A DNA stretch of 63,415 bases, filler included, from Saprolegnia diclina VS20 (lineage: Eukaryota), in assembly GCF_000281045.1 (NCBI RefSeq). It is 31 parts of 31 records of this genome, joined end to end, with 100 filler letters (N's around TTAATTAATTAA, not from the genome) between each part and the next. Parts side by side here need not be neighbours in the genome. Positions count along the whole stretch, not along the records: positions 11,636 to 13,719 come from NW_008246385.1; positions 13,820 to 15,905 come from NW_008246386.1; positions 16,006 to 18,091 come from NW_008246387.1; positions 18,192 to 20,226 come from NW_008246388.1; positions 20,327 to 22,367 come from NW_008246389.1; positions 22,468 to 24,448 come from NW_008246390.1; 25 more parts are not named here. One strand, written 5' to 3'. The notes beneath the pieces were generated by a model. That model searched no databases, was not told the DNA's origin, and saw only the letters and a list, made by a program, of their open reading frames with translations. Shown here piece by piece: positions 11,536 to 22,625 of this stretch. The translations under genes and the position numbers were made by a program. The first letter of the stretch is position 1; each line of letters starts with the position of its first letter.

Positions 11536-14500
11536 NNNNNNNNNNNNNNNNNNNNNNNNNNNNNNNNNNNNNNNNNNNNTTAATTAATTAANNNNNNNNN
11601 NNNNNNNNNNNNNNNNNNNNNNNNNNNNNNNNNNNGCACATTTTGTCCCAGTACGCCTTAAAATGCTGTAATTATCGTCCTTGACTACGGTTGATGCGTG
11701 CAAGGTACCTAACTGGTACCAGACCGCAAGTTGATTTAATATGAGTCGCTTGAGTGTGCTCTACTCGCGAAAGCGATCTAGGCTCTTAGCGAGCTTAATG
11801 GTCATTATATGTGTAATGTATATATATATCATTTCACTGTGCATTACGAGATGATTGCTGGCACTCATTTTTCAGCTATTGTATTCGTTTTTATCGAGGG
11901 CTCCTTAATGTGCGAAAGAAAACTGCTGCCTTATCGAATCGGCTTTGAAAATTGATCGTTTCGCGGTAAAACGCTGCTGAATAGTCAAAAACAAAAAGAC
12001 GATAGTGATGGATCAGTTAAATTTCTTTTTTCTATTTATGCTGGGCATCACGAACGAGCTAAAGATTATGGGATACAAGAACGTCGTTTTCGATAGTCAT
12101 TCATTAACAGAGGGTTATCGGAGGGTTTTTTGAATGATCGCTCATTTCCATGGTATGATTACATTTTCCATGCCTTTTTCGAGGTTTTTCAAAAAATATT
12201 TGGCTCATTCTAAGAACACAATGACTTTTGAATAAAATGATGCACGGCCGCGCGGATACCGAGCGCCCAAGTCCAAGGGTCTATCTCCTGTAAAAAGGTC
12301 ACTGCCCAGCGCCGATAGTGCGCTACGATGCGTAAGATCATTGCTCGTCAAAAAGGTATGACGCGAAGCGCTGCTATAAGTTTGTGATAAATGTTAGATC
12401 TTAGGTTGAGCGTCAGCGGATTACGATTCGGCTCGCCCACTCGATACTAGCGCCAAGATTGCAAGATGGACACGAGCTTAATCAAAGCGAAATGTGTCTG
12501 CTGTTCAAAAGGTTTCAGGGATAACCAGGGATATCGCATTGAACTCGTGTGCGGAAACGAGGCCGTTTCCAGCACACATTGAACATATCACCCTACGCCA
12601 TGCGCAAAGCAAACTAGATTAGCCTCGACGTACTAATCAACCGATTATCCTTCATAGTACATACGCACCTGTACGTCGGTCGATTGCTGGCAGGGCAACT
12701 GTTAATTCGTTAATCGGGTATCTCGCGCTGCATGTCGCATCTCCTTGTCGGCGTCGTGATGCGCATGCAGCTGTATCCAAGTCCGGATGGTATCCGGCGG
12801 TTTCCAATCTCTCACCTGGTGGAATAGAAATGGTGGAATAAAAATTCCTTGAAATTGACAACACGCAATCTGGACCTTGGATCTGGCAATTCGAAAAAAA
12901 GTGTCTTGTAGATGGGTCGCTGATCACCCTTTTTTTATTGTATCCCTTCAAAAAGATTTACGAATTGTACAACCACAAGCTAGAGAAGATGCTCTTGTGT
13001 GCGCGCAAATTTGGTGGCTGTTAGAAATTTCGCTAAGATAAGGAAAGGCCACCAATTTATATGTCACAAGGCTGATACAGTTTCATCTTTGAATGCTGTC
13101 AAAGTGCAGCAAGAGTTGTTTCTTGCTGAGATGATTTGTTGAGTACGAGAGCCTCGGCCGAGACAGCCTCGCGGTCCCGCCTCACGCGCCTCTTCTTTGC
13201 CATGAAGTGGAGCTTATGTGCCGATCCAAGTCGACGGAGATGGTTTGCTTGGAACACCACTCGAGCGAAGGCGACTCTATCATAGCGAGCTACCTCAATA
13301 CATCGCAACCATATTGCCACGTCACGGAGAATATTTGGGCCAAACAGATAGATACCAGGGTATTTCAACGGGTGGCCAGTCCGTCAAATTCCGATCACAT
13401 TCATTTCTTAAGCTTCATTGAAATCACCATTTTCAACTTTGGAACCCCATGTGCCTTGTATAACCAACCACCTTCTTGCGAAGACTCCGACGAGTTCATT
13501 GACACCGAGGCAACCGATGAGGCGACGAACGATCTCCTCGATGAGCTTGCTGCCTTGAGACGCGCCCCCAGGCGAAGAGAACTAGCTCGGAGACGGACCC
13601 GAGGACGATGACAAGCACGTTCAATTCAGCGGTCAAGGTCAAGCCCGAGGTCAAGACCAAGCCCGTGGTCAAAGATGAGCCGGCGTTTCAGGTATCGGCA
13701 GATTCGCACGGTCGGCCACNNNNNNNNNNNNNNNNNNNNNNNNNNNNNNNNNNNNNNNNNNNNTTAATTAATTAANNNNNNNNNNNNNNNNNNNNNNNNN
13801 NNNNNNNNNNNNNNNNNNNGTGCACTAGGAGGCGCGTGCCATGGCGCTTGATGAGTTGTTGGACAACATATGGGCTTCGTGGCATGGGTGCGCTGTAGAT
13901 AACTCACCACATGGTGGGAATGGAGGCAGCACGGCATGCGACGGACATGCATCTGCGGCGCCGACGACTGCACGTCATGGCGCCTCGGCGCTGGGCTTGT
14001 GTCATCATAGCTACTCGAAGCTTGCTCACGCTGCATTCGGTCACTTGCGCGTGCGAGGTAGGTTCTGAACCAGCAACGACGACCACCATTTCGTTAGAGT
14101 GTTGCTCACTACGATCCCCTTGCGGCACGCCAGCCTGTCTACACGTGTCATCTGGTCAGAAAAATCCAATGTCCGGCGGCTTCAACAAGCATGTGCTAGC
14201 TGTTATGCACTATCGAGGGTATCGACGACGTCATGGGCTGCATGTTCCATCCACCCGTGTTCCCTTGAACACTTTCAAGTCACTAGAAATAAGTGTCTCG
14301 TCCTAGTTGCAGCACGAATACTCTCTGTTGGCGGCTTTGTTTGGGCCATCGCCGCAAGGTCGAGCAGCGCTGCGTGACGCATTGAGCGTCGGTGTCGCTT
14401 CAGGCCCGGGACGGTCGCTGTTAACGCCGTCACTTGCAAGTGCGAATTGGTGGTGAGTTCCTTGACGCTCGGCGCCGCGTACCACGGCTTATAGGCCCCC

Positions 14501-14720
14501 CGCGCCATCTGGTGCGCGGGGGACCCAAAAACCAAGTCATTGGTGCTGCCGAGATCTACAATACGGATGTCGTTGCAGCTGGTTTTCTCTAATCACGAAG
14601 TCACAGCCGGTGGGCGCCAATGAATGGCACGGCGTGTGCATATACTGGCTGCGTCACGCCGTTTACTATGGCCTACGTACATGCATCGAAACTCAGATGG
14701 TGCCCAACTTTTCTCGGTTG

Positions 14721-14738
14721 GCTCACTTTTGAATTTGC
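14721..14738 (+). promoter_or_regulatory. Oomycete Inr+FPR core promoter
   Basis: GCTCACTTTTGAATTTGC, 24 nt before the ATG at 14763. Confidence 0.75.
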
Positions 14739-14762
14739 TCTTTGCCGTCCCCGACCACCAAA

Positions 14763-15347
14763 ATGACAAGCAACGAGTCCCAGTGCATCTTTGAGGGCTG
14801 CGATGTCGCGAGCCTCCCGCACTCGACCAAGTGCTTCTTCCACAAGAACCGCAACGTCTGCTCCTTTGCGGGCTGCCGCAACCAGGTGTACGCGCGCATG
14901 CTCTGCGTCGGCCACGGAGGCCGCAAGCCTTGCTCGTCGCCCGGCTGCTCGTCCAGCGCGCGCGTCGGCTCGTACTGCTGCCGCCACGGCCCCAAGCCCA
15001 ACCGCAAGCTCTGCACGTCGCCGGGCTGCCCCAACGTGCGCCACACCGGCGGCAAGTGCATTCGCCACGGTGGCGGCCGCCGCTGCCGCATGCAAGGCTG
15101 CGAAACCCACGCGCGGACGGGCGGCTACTGCTGGCGCCACCGCGTGCAGTCAACGTCGTCGTCGCAGGACGACACGGACGAAACGAGCAGCGTCGTGAGC
15201 AGCAGCTCGACAGCCGTAGAACTCGACCCGCTCGCGCTGCTGTTAGCCGACGACTACGAGAACGAGATCCTCGACGACGCCGCGCTCGACTCGTACTTTG
15301 ACTTGCTCCTGCAGTCGGACAACGTTGGCATGGCGATTCAGCTGTAA
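14763..15347 (+). CDS. WRKY19-like zinc-finger repeat protein (CxxxGC...CxxHGG) with acidic tail
   Basis: Five Cys/His repeats such as CSFAGC..LCVGHGG and CTSPGC..KCIRHGGG. The family is expanded in oomycetes. Confidence 0.85.
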   Translation: MTSNESQCIFEGCDVASLPHSTKCFFHKNRNVCSFAGCRNQVYARMLCVGHGGRKPCSSPGCSSSARVGSYCCRHGPKPNRKLCTSPGCPNVRHTGGKCIRHGGGRRCRMQGCETHARTGGYCWRHRVQSTSSSQDDTDETSSVVSSSSTAVELDPLALLLADDYENEILDDAALDSYFDLLLQSDNVGMAIQL

Positions 15348-16563
15348 AGCGATCGTCTTAGCCTTGGATAGATACTATGATAGGAACCCTTAATTAACAA
15401 CTTAGCAACGTGGCGTACAACAAAAGTTCTCAGCTTCAGTCAAGAGGAATGGCTCTCTCTTGATATTAAATTGCGTGAGGCATGCTGTGTGAGCTGTGGA
15501 TAGCTGCAGATCCCAAGGAATCTCGCTGGGTCAAGACACCCATCCAGGTGCATGGGCGAAGAATCTCTGCCGACGCCACAGAAGCAATCTTGGATCCTGC
15601 GACACGTGCGTCATCGCCACTGAGGCGGGTACACTGTACGAAGCCGACGCAGTACCACAGTGCGTGATGGCACCCCAGCTCTCGATCCACCCACAGCAAA
15701 CCCGCTTGGCAAGCAGGACCTCACCGGAAGGTGAACCGCACCGTTTTGGGACAGAAGTGTGCTGCTGTGACGCTATATGTTCTTGGCCAAAATGTACCGG
15801 TATGGGATGTGGCAACAGCGAGAGGAAGCAGTCGCTGCCTCGTTCGTCAATCGGGTGTGGCGCTTTTGGCGCTGCCGGAAACGCCATCTCAGAGGTATTA
15901 CCTATNNNNNNNNNNNNNNNNNNNNNNNNNNNNNNNNNNNNNNNNNNNNTTAATTAATTAANNNNNNNNNNNNNNNNNNNNNNNNNNNNNNNNNNNNNNN
16001 NNNNNATAGGTAATACCTCTGAGATGGCGTTTCCGGCAGCGCCAAAAGCGCCACACCCGATTGACGAACGAGGCAGCGACTGCTTCCTCTCGCTGTTGCC
16101 ACATCCCATACCGGTACATTTTGGCCAAGAACATATAGCGTCACAGCAGCACACTTCTGTCCCAAAACGGTGCGGTTCACCTTCCGGTGAGGTCCTGCTT
16201 GCCAAGCGGGTTTGCTGTGGGTGGATCGAGAGCTGGGGTGCCATCACGCACTGTGGTACTGCGTCGGCTTCGTACAGTGTACCCGCCTCAGTGGCGATGA
16301 CGCACGTGTCGCAGGATCCAAGATTGCTTCTGTGGCGTCGGCAGAGATTCTTCGCCCATGCACCTGGATGGGTGTCTTGACCCAGCGAGATTCCTTGGGA
16401 TCTGCAGCTATCCACAGCTCACACAGCATGCCTCACGCAATTTAATATCAAGAGAGAGCCATTCCTCTTGACTGAAGCTGAGAACTTTTGTTGTACGCCA
16501 CGTTGCTAAGTTGTTAATTAAGGGTTCCTATCATAGTATCTATCCAAGGCTAAGACGATCGCT

Positions 16564-17148
16564 TTACAGCTGAATCGCCATGCCAACGTTGTCCGACTGC
16601 AGGAGCAAGTCAAAGTACGAGTCGAGCGCGGCGTCGTCGAGGATCTCGTTCTCGTAGTCGTCGGCTAACAGCAGCGCGAGCGGGTCGAGTTCTACGGCTG
16701 TCGAGCTGCTGCTCACGACGCTGCTCGTTTCGTCCGTGTCGTCCTGCGACGACGACGTTGACTGCACGCGGTGGCGCCAGCAGTAGCCGCCCGTCCGCGC
16801 GTGGGTTTCGCAGCCTTGCATGCGGCAGCGGCGGCCGCCACCGTGGCGAATGCACTTGCCGCCGGTGTGGCGCACGTTGGGGCAGCCCGGCGACGTGCAG
16901 AGCTTGCGGTTGGGCTTGGGGCCGTGGCGGCAGCAGAACGAGCCGACGCGCGCGCTGGACGAGCAGCCGGGCGACGAGCAAGGCTTGCGGCCGCCGTGGC
17001 CGACGCAGAGCATGCGCGCGTACACCTGGTTGCGGCAGCCCGCAAAGGAGCAGACGTTGCGGTTTTTGTGGAAGAAGCACTTGGTCGAGTGCGGGAGGCT
17101 CGCGACATCGCAGCCCTCAAAGATGCACTGGGACTCGTTGCTTGTCAT
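16564..17148 (-). CDS. WRKY19-like zinc-finger repeat protein, second allele or copy
   Basis: Reverse-complement copy of 14763-15347. Confidence 0.85.
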   Translation of the reverse strand: MTSNESQCIFEGCDVASLPHSTKCFFHKNRNVCSFAGCRNQVYARMLCVGHGGRKPCSSPGCSSSARVGSFCCRHGPKPNRKLCTSPGCPNVRHTGGKCIRHGGGRRCRMQGCETHARTGGYCWRHRVQSTSSSQDDTDETSSVVSSSSTAVELDPLALLLADDYENEILDDAALDSYFDLLLQSDNVGMAIQL

Positions 17149-18191
17149 TTTGGTGGTCGGGGACGGCAAAGAGCAAATTCAAAAGTGAGCCAACCGAGAA
17201 AAGTTGGGCACCATCTGAGTTTCGATGCATGTACGTAGGCCATAGTAAACGGCGTGACGCAGCCAGTATATGCACACGCCGTGCCATTCATTGGCGCCCA
17301 CCGGCTGTGACTTCGTGATTAGAGAAAACCAGCTGCAACGACATCCGTATTGTAGATCTCGGCAGCACCAATGACTTGGTTTTTGGGTCCCCCGCGCACC
17401 AGATGGCGCGGGGGGCCTATAAGCCGTGGTACGCGGCGCCGAGCGTCAAGGAACTCACCACCAATTCGCACTTGCAAGTGACGGCGTTAACAGCGACCGT
17501 CCCGGGCCTGAAGCGACACCGACGCTCAATGCGTCACGCAGCGCTGCTCGACCTTGCGGCGATGGCCCAAACAAAGCCGCCAACAGAGAGTATTCGTGCT
17601 GCAACTAGGACGAGACACTTATTTCTAGTGACTTGAAAGTGTTCAAGGGAACACGGGTGGATGGAACATGCAGCCCATGACGTCGTCGATACCCTCGATA
17701 GTGCATAACAGCTAGCACATGCTTGTTGAAGCCGCCGGACATTGGATTTTTCTGACCAGATGACACGTGTAGACAGGCTGGCGTGCCGCAAGGGGATCGT
17801 AGTGAGCAACACTCTAACGAAATGGTGGTCGTCGTTGCTGGTTCAGAACCTACCTCGCACGCGCAAGTGACCGAATGCAGCGTGAGCAAGCTTCGAGTAG
17901 CTATGATGACACAAGCCCAGCGCCGAGGCGCCATGACGTGCAGTCGTCGGCGCCGCAGATGCATGTCCGTCGCATGCCGTGCTGCCTCCATTCCCACCAT
18001 GTGGTGAGTTATCTACAGCGCACCCATGCCACGAAGCCCATATGTTGTCCAACAACTCATCAAGCGCCATGGCACGCGCCTCCTAGTGCACNNNNNNNNN
18101 NNNNNNNNNNNNNNNNNNNNNNNNNNNNNNNNNNNTTAATTAATTAANNNNNNNNNNNNNNNNNNNNNNNNNNNNNNNNNNNNNNNNNNNN

Positions 18192-18688
18192 ATACCAAAT
18201 GCACTCGCTACGCTCGTACATTGCGCTATCGCGCACAGTATCCTACCACACTGCCGTGCACTATCGCAAGTGCCCACGCTACTCTCGGGATTAGCGCTGC
18301 GCGCATCGATGGCACATGCACTCGCTACGCTCGCGCATGGCATGTATCCCTATTGCGCTACCGCGCGGACCCCGGCTATCGCCGGGTGCACTCGCTACCC
18401 TCGTGGCGCTCTGCGCGCGGTTCGGTTAAGTACGCTTCCGCACTTTGTAACGTTGTTACAAACACCGAGTCAACAATCACGACATTGACCTGCCACTCGT
18501 ACTTAACCGAATTCGACCCTTCCCGACGCGCTACGCACGCCGGAACACCATGTTGAGACTTCATTTTGCCCTACTAGTACCGTGCTATCGCACGGGCCAG
18601 GGTGCCCTCGCTGCGCTCGTGCCGCGCTTCGCGCAAAAAAGTCGTTATTCAATTAAAAGATAGAAAATAAAATAAAATTAATGATAGA
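18192..18688 (-). mobile_element. Array of GNA/GNNA-loop mini-hairpins; possible Helitron-like non-autonomous element
   Basis: Repeated CTCGCTACGCTCG, GC-TATC-GC and GCGCTTCGCGC motifs. There is a 14-bp inverted repeat at 18421-18434 / 18498-18511, and a hairpin next to CTAG at 18574-18595. Confidence 0.4.
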
Positions 18689-18743
18689 TTTTTCCGTCCT
18701 GCAGCCCACCCAATGAAATGCAAGATTGATTGTCACTTGACAA

Positions 18744-20226
18744 ATGGGGGCATCGCTGACGACGCACGGGGTACGACATCGAGGATGCGAGACGACTGAT
18801 CTATGTGGCTGTAGGAAAGCCTTTGCAACGCTGCGAGAGATGGCAAGTTGGATGTTATCCGATCCTGTCTCGATGACGGCGCCAACATCAACTGCTTGAC
18901 CTTCGTACGTCAGAAGTCGCGCGCGATGACCCTACGCATTGTCGACGTAGACTCGTTGGACGCCATTGCATTATGCTGCTTGGAAAGGCCAATATGGCGC
19001 CGCCGACCTCTTGCTCACGAGGGGCGCTGCCATCGCCGCCAAAAACGACGTAACTATGGTGCTGGCTCCTGCGTATATTTTGTGTGTTGGCGTAGGATGG
19101 TGAAACACCCTTGTATGTTGCTGCTCTGCATGGTCACTTGGCCGTCGTACGCCTGTTGCTCGAGAAGGGCGCTGCCACGGCCGCCAAAACCAAGGTACGT
19201 GGTGCGGTGGCCTCGCTCACGTGCATATTCTGTGTGTTGGCGTAGCGTGGTGACACGCCATTGCACGTTGCTGCTTCTACAGGCCAATATGACGCCGCCG
19301 ACCTGTTGCTCAAGAAGGGCGCGGACGTCACAGCAAAAAACGACGTAACTATTGCGTTGGCTCATGCATATATTCGGTGTGTTGGCGTAGCGTGGGGACA
19401 CGCCATTGCACGTTGCTGCTCGGTATGGTTACTTGGATGTCGTACGCCTGTTGCTCGAGAAGGGCGCGGACGTCACAGCAAAAAACGGGGTATGTCACTG
19501 GAGCCGAACCCGAACAATGTGTCCCATTCTCAAAATTTGATGAACGACATATTTCGTCTCTTGTAGAATGACGAGACGCCACTCGAGCTTGCAAAAAGTA
19601 AGCTTCATTTCCACGTCGCCCTGCTTCTCTCCTCCAAGGAAAACAACGATGAGGTACAACGTTATGTGAATATACCACCGGACGTCACCACGTACGATCT
19701 GCGTAGCCCTTGGCAGTGCTGCTACTTGTGGCCTCCTTGGCAAAGTATGCAGGTTCCAAGTATGGTCCGTACGTTGCAACTTTGCTACTCTATGCGATCG
19801 TGCTTGGGGTCGTGTACACGCTCTTCCTCGTGATGCTTTGGGTCGTGTACCAGCACTTCCTCGTGATGACCACGTACCTGCTTGGAGCATAGACTCACTT
19901 CAACAAGCTCTTCCTCGTGATGCTTTACGTCGTGTACCAGCTCTACATTGTGACCACGTACCTGCTGGGAGCACTGTTGTACAATTTATACCTACTTCTA
20001 CTCTGGACCCGAGCCGACCCCTTGCCGCCGGTACCGTTGCTGCAGCAGAGTCGATAAAGGACTCATGGACGGATGTAGCAAAGCCTTTTCTTGGCTGCAA
20101 GAGACGGTGACGTGGATGCCGTGCGATTCCGTCTGTACGAAGGCCACAGCGTCAACGCCAAGGGCGAGGTACGGTGGATCTCGACAGTGATGACACTTTG
20201 CACTGATGTAGCATGATGGGACGCCA
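18744..20226 (+). CDS. Ankyrin-repeat protein with transmembrane segment, one repeat per exon; in-frame TAG at 19890-19892; 3' partial
   Basis: Exons 18744-18770, 18815-18904, 18951-19049, 19096-19194, 19246-19344, 19391-19489, 19567-19653 and 19707 onward. TPLH.AA..G...LL.KGA repeats, all introns phase-0 GT-AG. A further ankyrin exon (QSLFLAARDGDV) follows the TM region. Confidence 0.85.
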
Positions 20227-20590
20227 NNNNNNNNNNNNNNNNNNNNNNNNNNNNNNNNNNNNNNNNNNNNTTAATTAATTAANNNNNNNNNNNNNNNNNN
20301 NNNNNNNNNNNNNNNNNNNNNNNNNNTCGCGCGCGCGGCGCTTGGCCTCCTTGTCTTGGATGTGCTGGCTGTTGTAGAGCATGGTGTTTTCGATAATGTC
20401 GCGATGCCCTTGCGCTTGTCGTAAAAGCGATTTGCAGGTTTTTCCCAGTTCCATCTAGCTTTTACCTCGCAGCCTTTACAAGGCGACGTCCGATATCGCT
20501 GATGCTCGAGATCTCGGCGTCAACGCTCGTATGGGGCGATTCACAGTAAAATATCAAGATGCGGTTCCCAAGCTACGCTGCGCAAGCAGT

Positions 20591-22367
20591 ATGCAAATCC
20601 AGCGAACTCGGCCTCCGAAACGCAAACAACTTTCATCTTTGCGATAGTGCGTATCGCTTCGGAACCAAACACGGAAAAACGCTAGCTTCAAAAGTGGCTC
20701 ATGTACAATGTCATCTTTTCCAGCAATCGGCCTCCCTGAAGGAGGCGATGTTTCGTTTATGATCCTAGCCGCGGTACACTGCTACCGGTGCGTTGTTTGA
20801 TAAGTTGAAAATACAAACTCAGCCGCCACCTTGGATCGTCTCTAAAGCCGTAGACCATGCCACCGCGCAGCCAGTATAGCTAGGGATGTTTGCGAGGTGG
20901 CTGGGCCGCGCATCTCGTTGATACGCACACAAAAACATCGCCTGGGTCTCGAGTATGAAGGGAAAAAGGCGCTCCAACGTATCTGTTCTCCCTATTCTCA
21001 GTGATCGATCCCCTAAAGTGGCGATGTATTTCTCTCTATTGCTGCGAGAGGGCCCGAGGGCTTGGAAAACCCAATTCACGGCCCACTGTTGTTGTTGGAT
21101 GAGTATGAGTACATATGAAAAACGACCTCGATCGCGGTCCTCGCCGCCTCCTTTTACCAAACCGTCCATCACGCCGCTACCCTAAAATGTTGCTGTCTGG
21201 TGTGTCAAGGTGGCTGCTTGCTTACTAGGAAACGCAACGTAATGGCAAAGTGGATTCGCTATTTGTTGCTCAGATTCGCTTGCATCATTTCAATCGTGCG
21301 CCGCATAAACTCGAGCTGCGCCTCGCGCTCCGCTTTCTCCATCTCGAATCGCTCGTCGCGTTCGGCCTTTTCAAAGAGGAGCCGCTGCTCCTCGAGCTCA
21401 AGCTTGCGTCGACTCAAGGCGAGTTCCTCCTTCTTGACGGCAACTGCCTCTCTTTGGGCGGCAATTTCGTCTCGCTTGAGCGCGTTGGTCGACTCGATCA
21501 TGCTAGTAAAGGCTGCGAGGACGCTCGCTAGATCGTTCGCCGCGCAGTCCTCTCCTTTGCTCTTCTTGGATAGCGTTTCAGCGCTGTCGTCCTCGTCCGG
21601 GACATCGTCGGTGGTTGCCTTGCGCTTAAGTCCTTGCTGCGCCGCCGCACGACTGCGGTGCGCATCTGGCTCACGCTTGTCGGTCTTCTTGTCCTTGTCG
21701 GTCTTGCTCGCTTTTTTCCTGTCCGCGGCCGCTTCCAACTACACACCGATTTATCTAAGGACAAGCAGACACTGCGAAATGGACGCACCAAGTCCGACAT
21801 TTCCTCCAGTAGCACGTACCGCTGGCTCATCTCCTCTTCGGTGCCGGACGCACGCAAGCCCTTGACGGTGTCTGTCTTAAAGGCTGCCATGAGGTCGTCA
21901 AAGCGCTTGCGGCAGCCGGCCACCGTGAGGTGCTCGCCGTGGAGCGTGCGCATGTAGCTGGTGACGTCCTCCCAGCGCGCGGTGGTCTGCCCGTACGGAG
22001 CGTCGTGCGGAGCCACATTGATCACCTCCTCCAAGAGATCAATGTCCGTGTGCACGCTGAAGCGATACGTCGGCTTCTTGGACTTGGTTGGCTCGTCGCC
22101 CATGCGCGTTTTTGGTTTTGACAGGCAAAAATGGATGGTGAAAAGTCGGATCCCGAATTCTTTGAAATTCGAATCTAGAATTCTTGATGGTAAATGCCGC
22201 TTACTACAGACAAGATGGGGCCATTTAAATATCGGTATTTAAATTGCGATTTTTTCTATGGGTATTTTTATTTTTATTATTTCTCAAAACGGAAAGATCA
22301 GCTCGCGCGGGAAGGTGGCGCCACGCAGCAAGGCCAGTCGACCGGCCTCGGGCGGACTCTTGCAGCC
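20591..22367 (+). repeat. Direct copy of contig 52544-54320
   Basis: Same sequence, same ORF set and same right-hand end. Confidence 0.95.
21259..22103 (-). CDS. Myb/SANT-like DNA-binding protein with C-terminal coiled coil (PIF/Harbinger accessory-protein type); intron 21739-21788
   Basis: RFS...DIDLLEEV...P..APYGQ..ARWEDV...CRKRFDDLM...RASGTEEE helix-turn-helix pattern. A 50-nt GT-AG intron joins the two ORFs in frame (264 aa). Confidence 0.75.
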
Positions 22368-22469
22368 NNNNNNNNNNNNNNNNNNNNNNNNNNNNNNNNN
22401 NNNNNNNNNNNTTAATTAATTAANNNNNNNNNNNNNNNNNNNNNNNNNNNNNNNNNNNNNNNNNNNNAG

Positions 22470-22625
22470 GCCAACCTCGGCAAGTTGGACGAGTACTTGA
22501 CGTCCGTCTCGGCGATCGAGGCAAAGCTGAACGACGGGCTCGGTCCGATCCCGGTGCCGCTTACGCTCAAGGACTTTGTGGCGCCCAAGACGTGGGACCT
22601 GCCGCAGAACTGCGACCGCAGCTAA
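22470..22625 (+). CDS. C-terminal fragment of a probable secreted DNA/RNA non-specific endonuclease
   Basis: ANLGKLDEYLTSVSAIEAKLNDGLGPIPVP...WDLPQNCDRS*. The SVSAIE motif fits the NUC-family C-terminus, and it is paralogous to 24550-24645. Confidence 0.55.
   Translation, partial: ANLGKLDEYLTSVSAIEAKLNDGLGPIPVPLTLKDFVAPKTWDLPQNCDRS

Larger units (their letters stand above)
13820..18091. repeat. Contig pair 13820-15905 / 16006-18091, near-identical in opposite orientation
   Basis: Mirror copies with at least three SNPs in the zinc-finger gene (GSYCC versus GSFCC, plus two silent changes). Confidence 0.95.

Noticed and set aside
13820..18091. Second apparent giant palindrome
   Set aside because: Same concatenation artefact, with SNPs between the copies.
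18421..18511. tRNA or hammerhead ribozyme
   Set aside because: No T-loop/D-loop consensus and no CUGAUGA...GAAA core on either strand.
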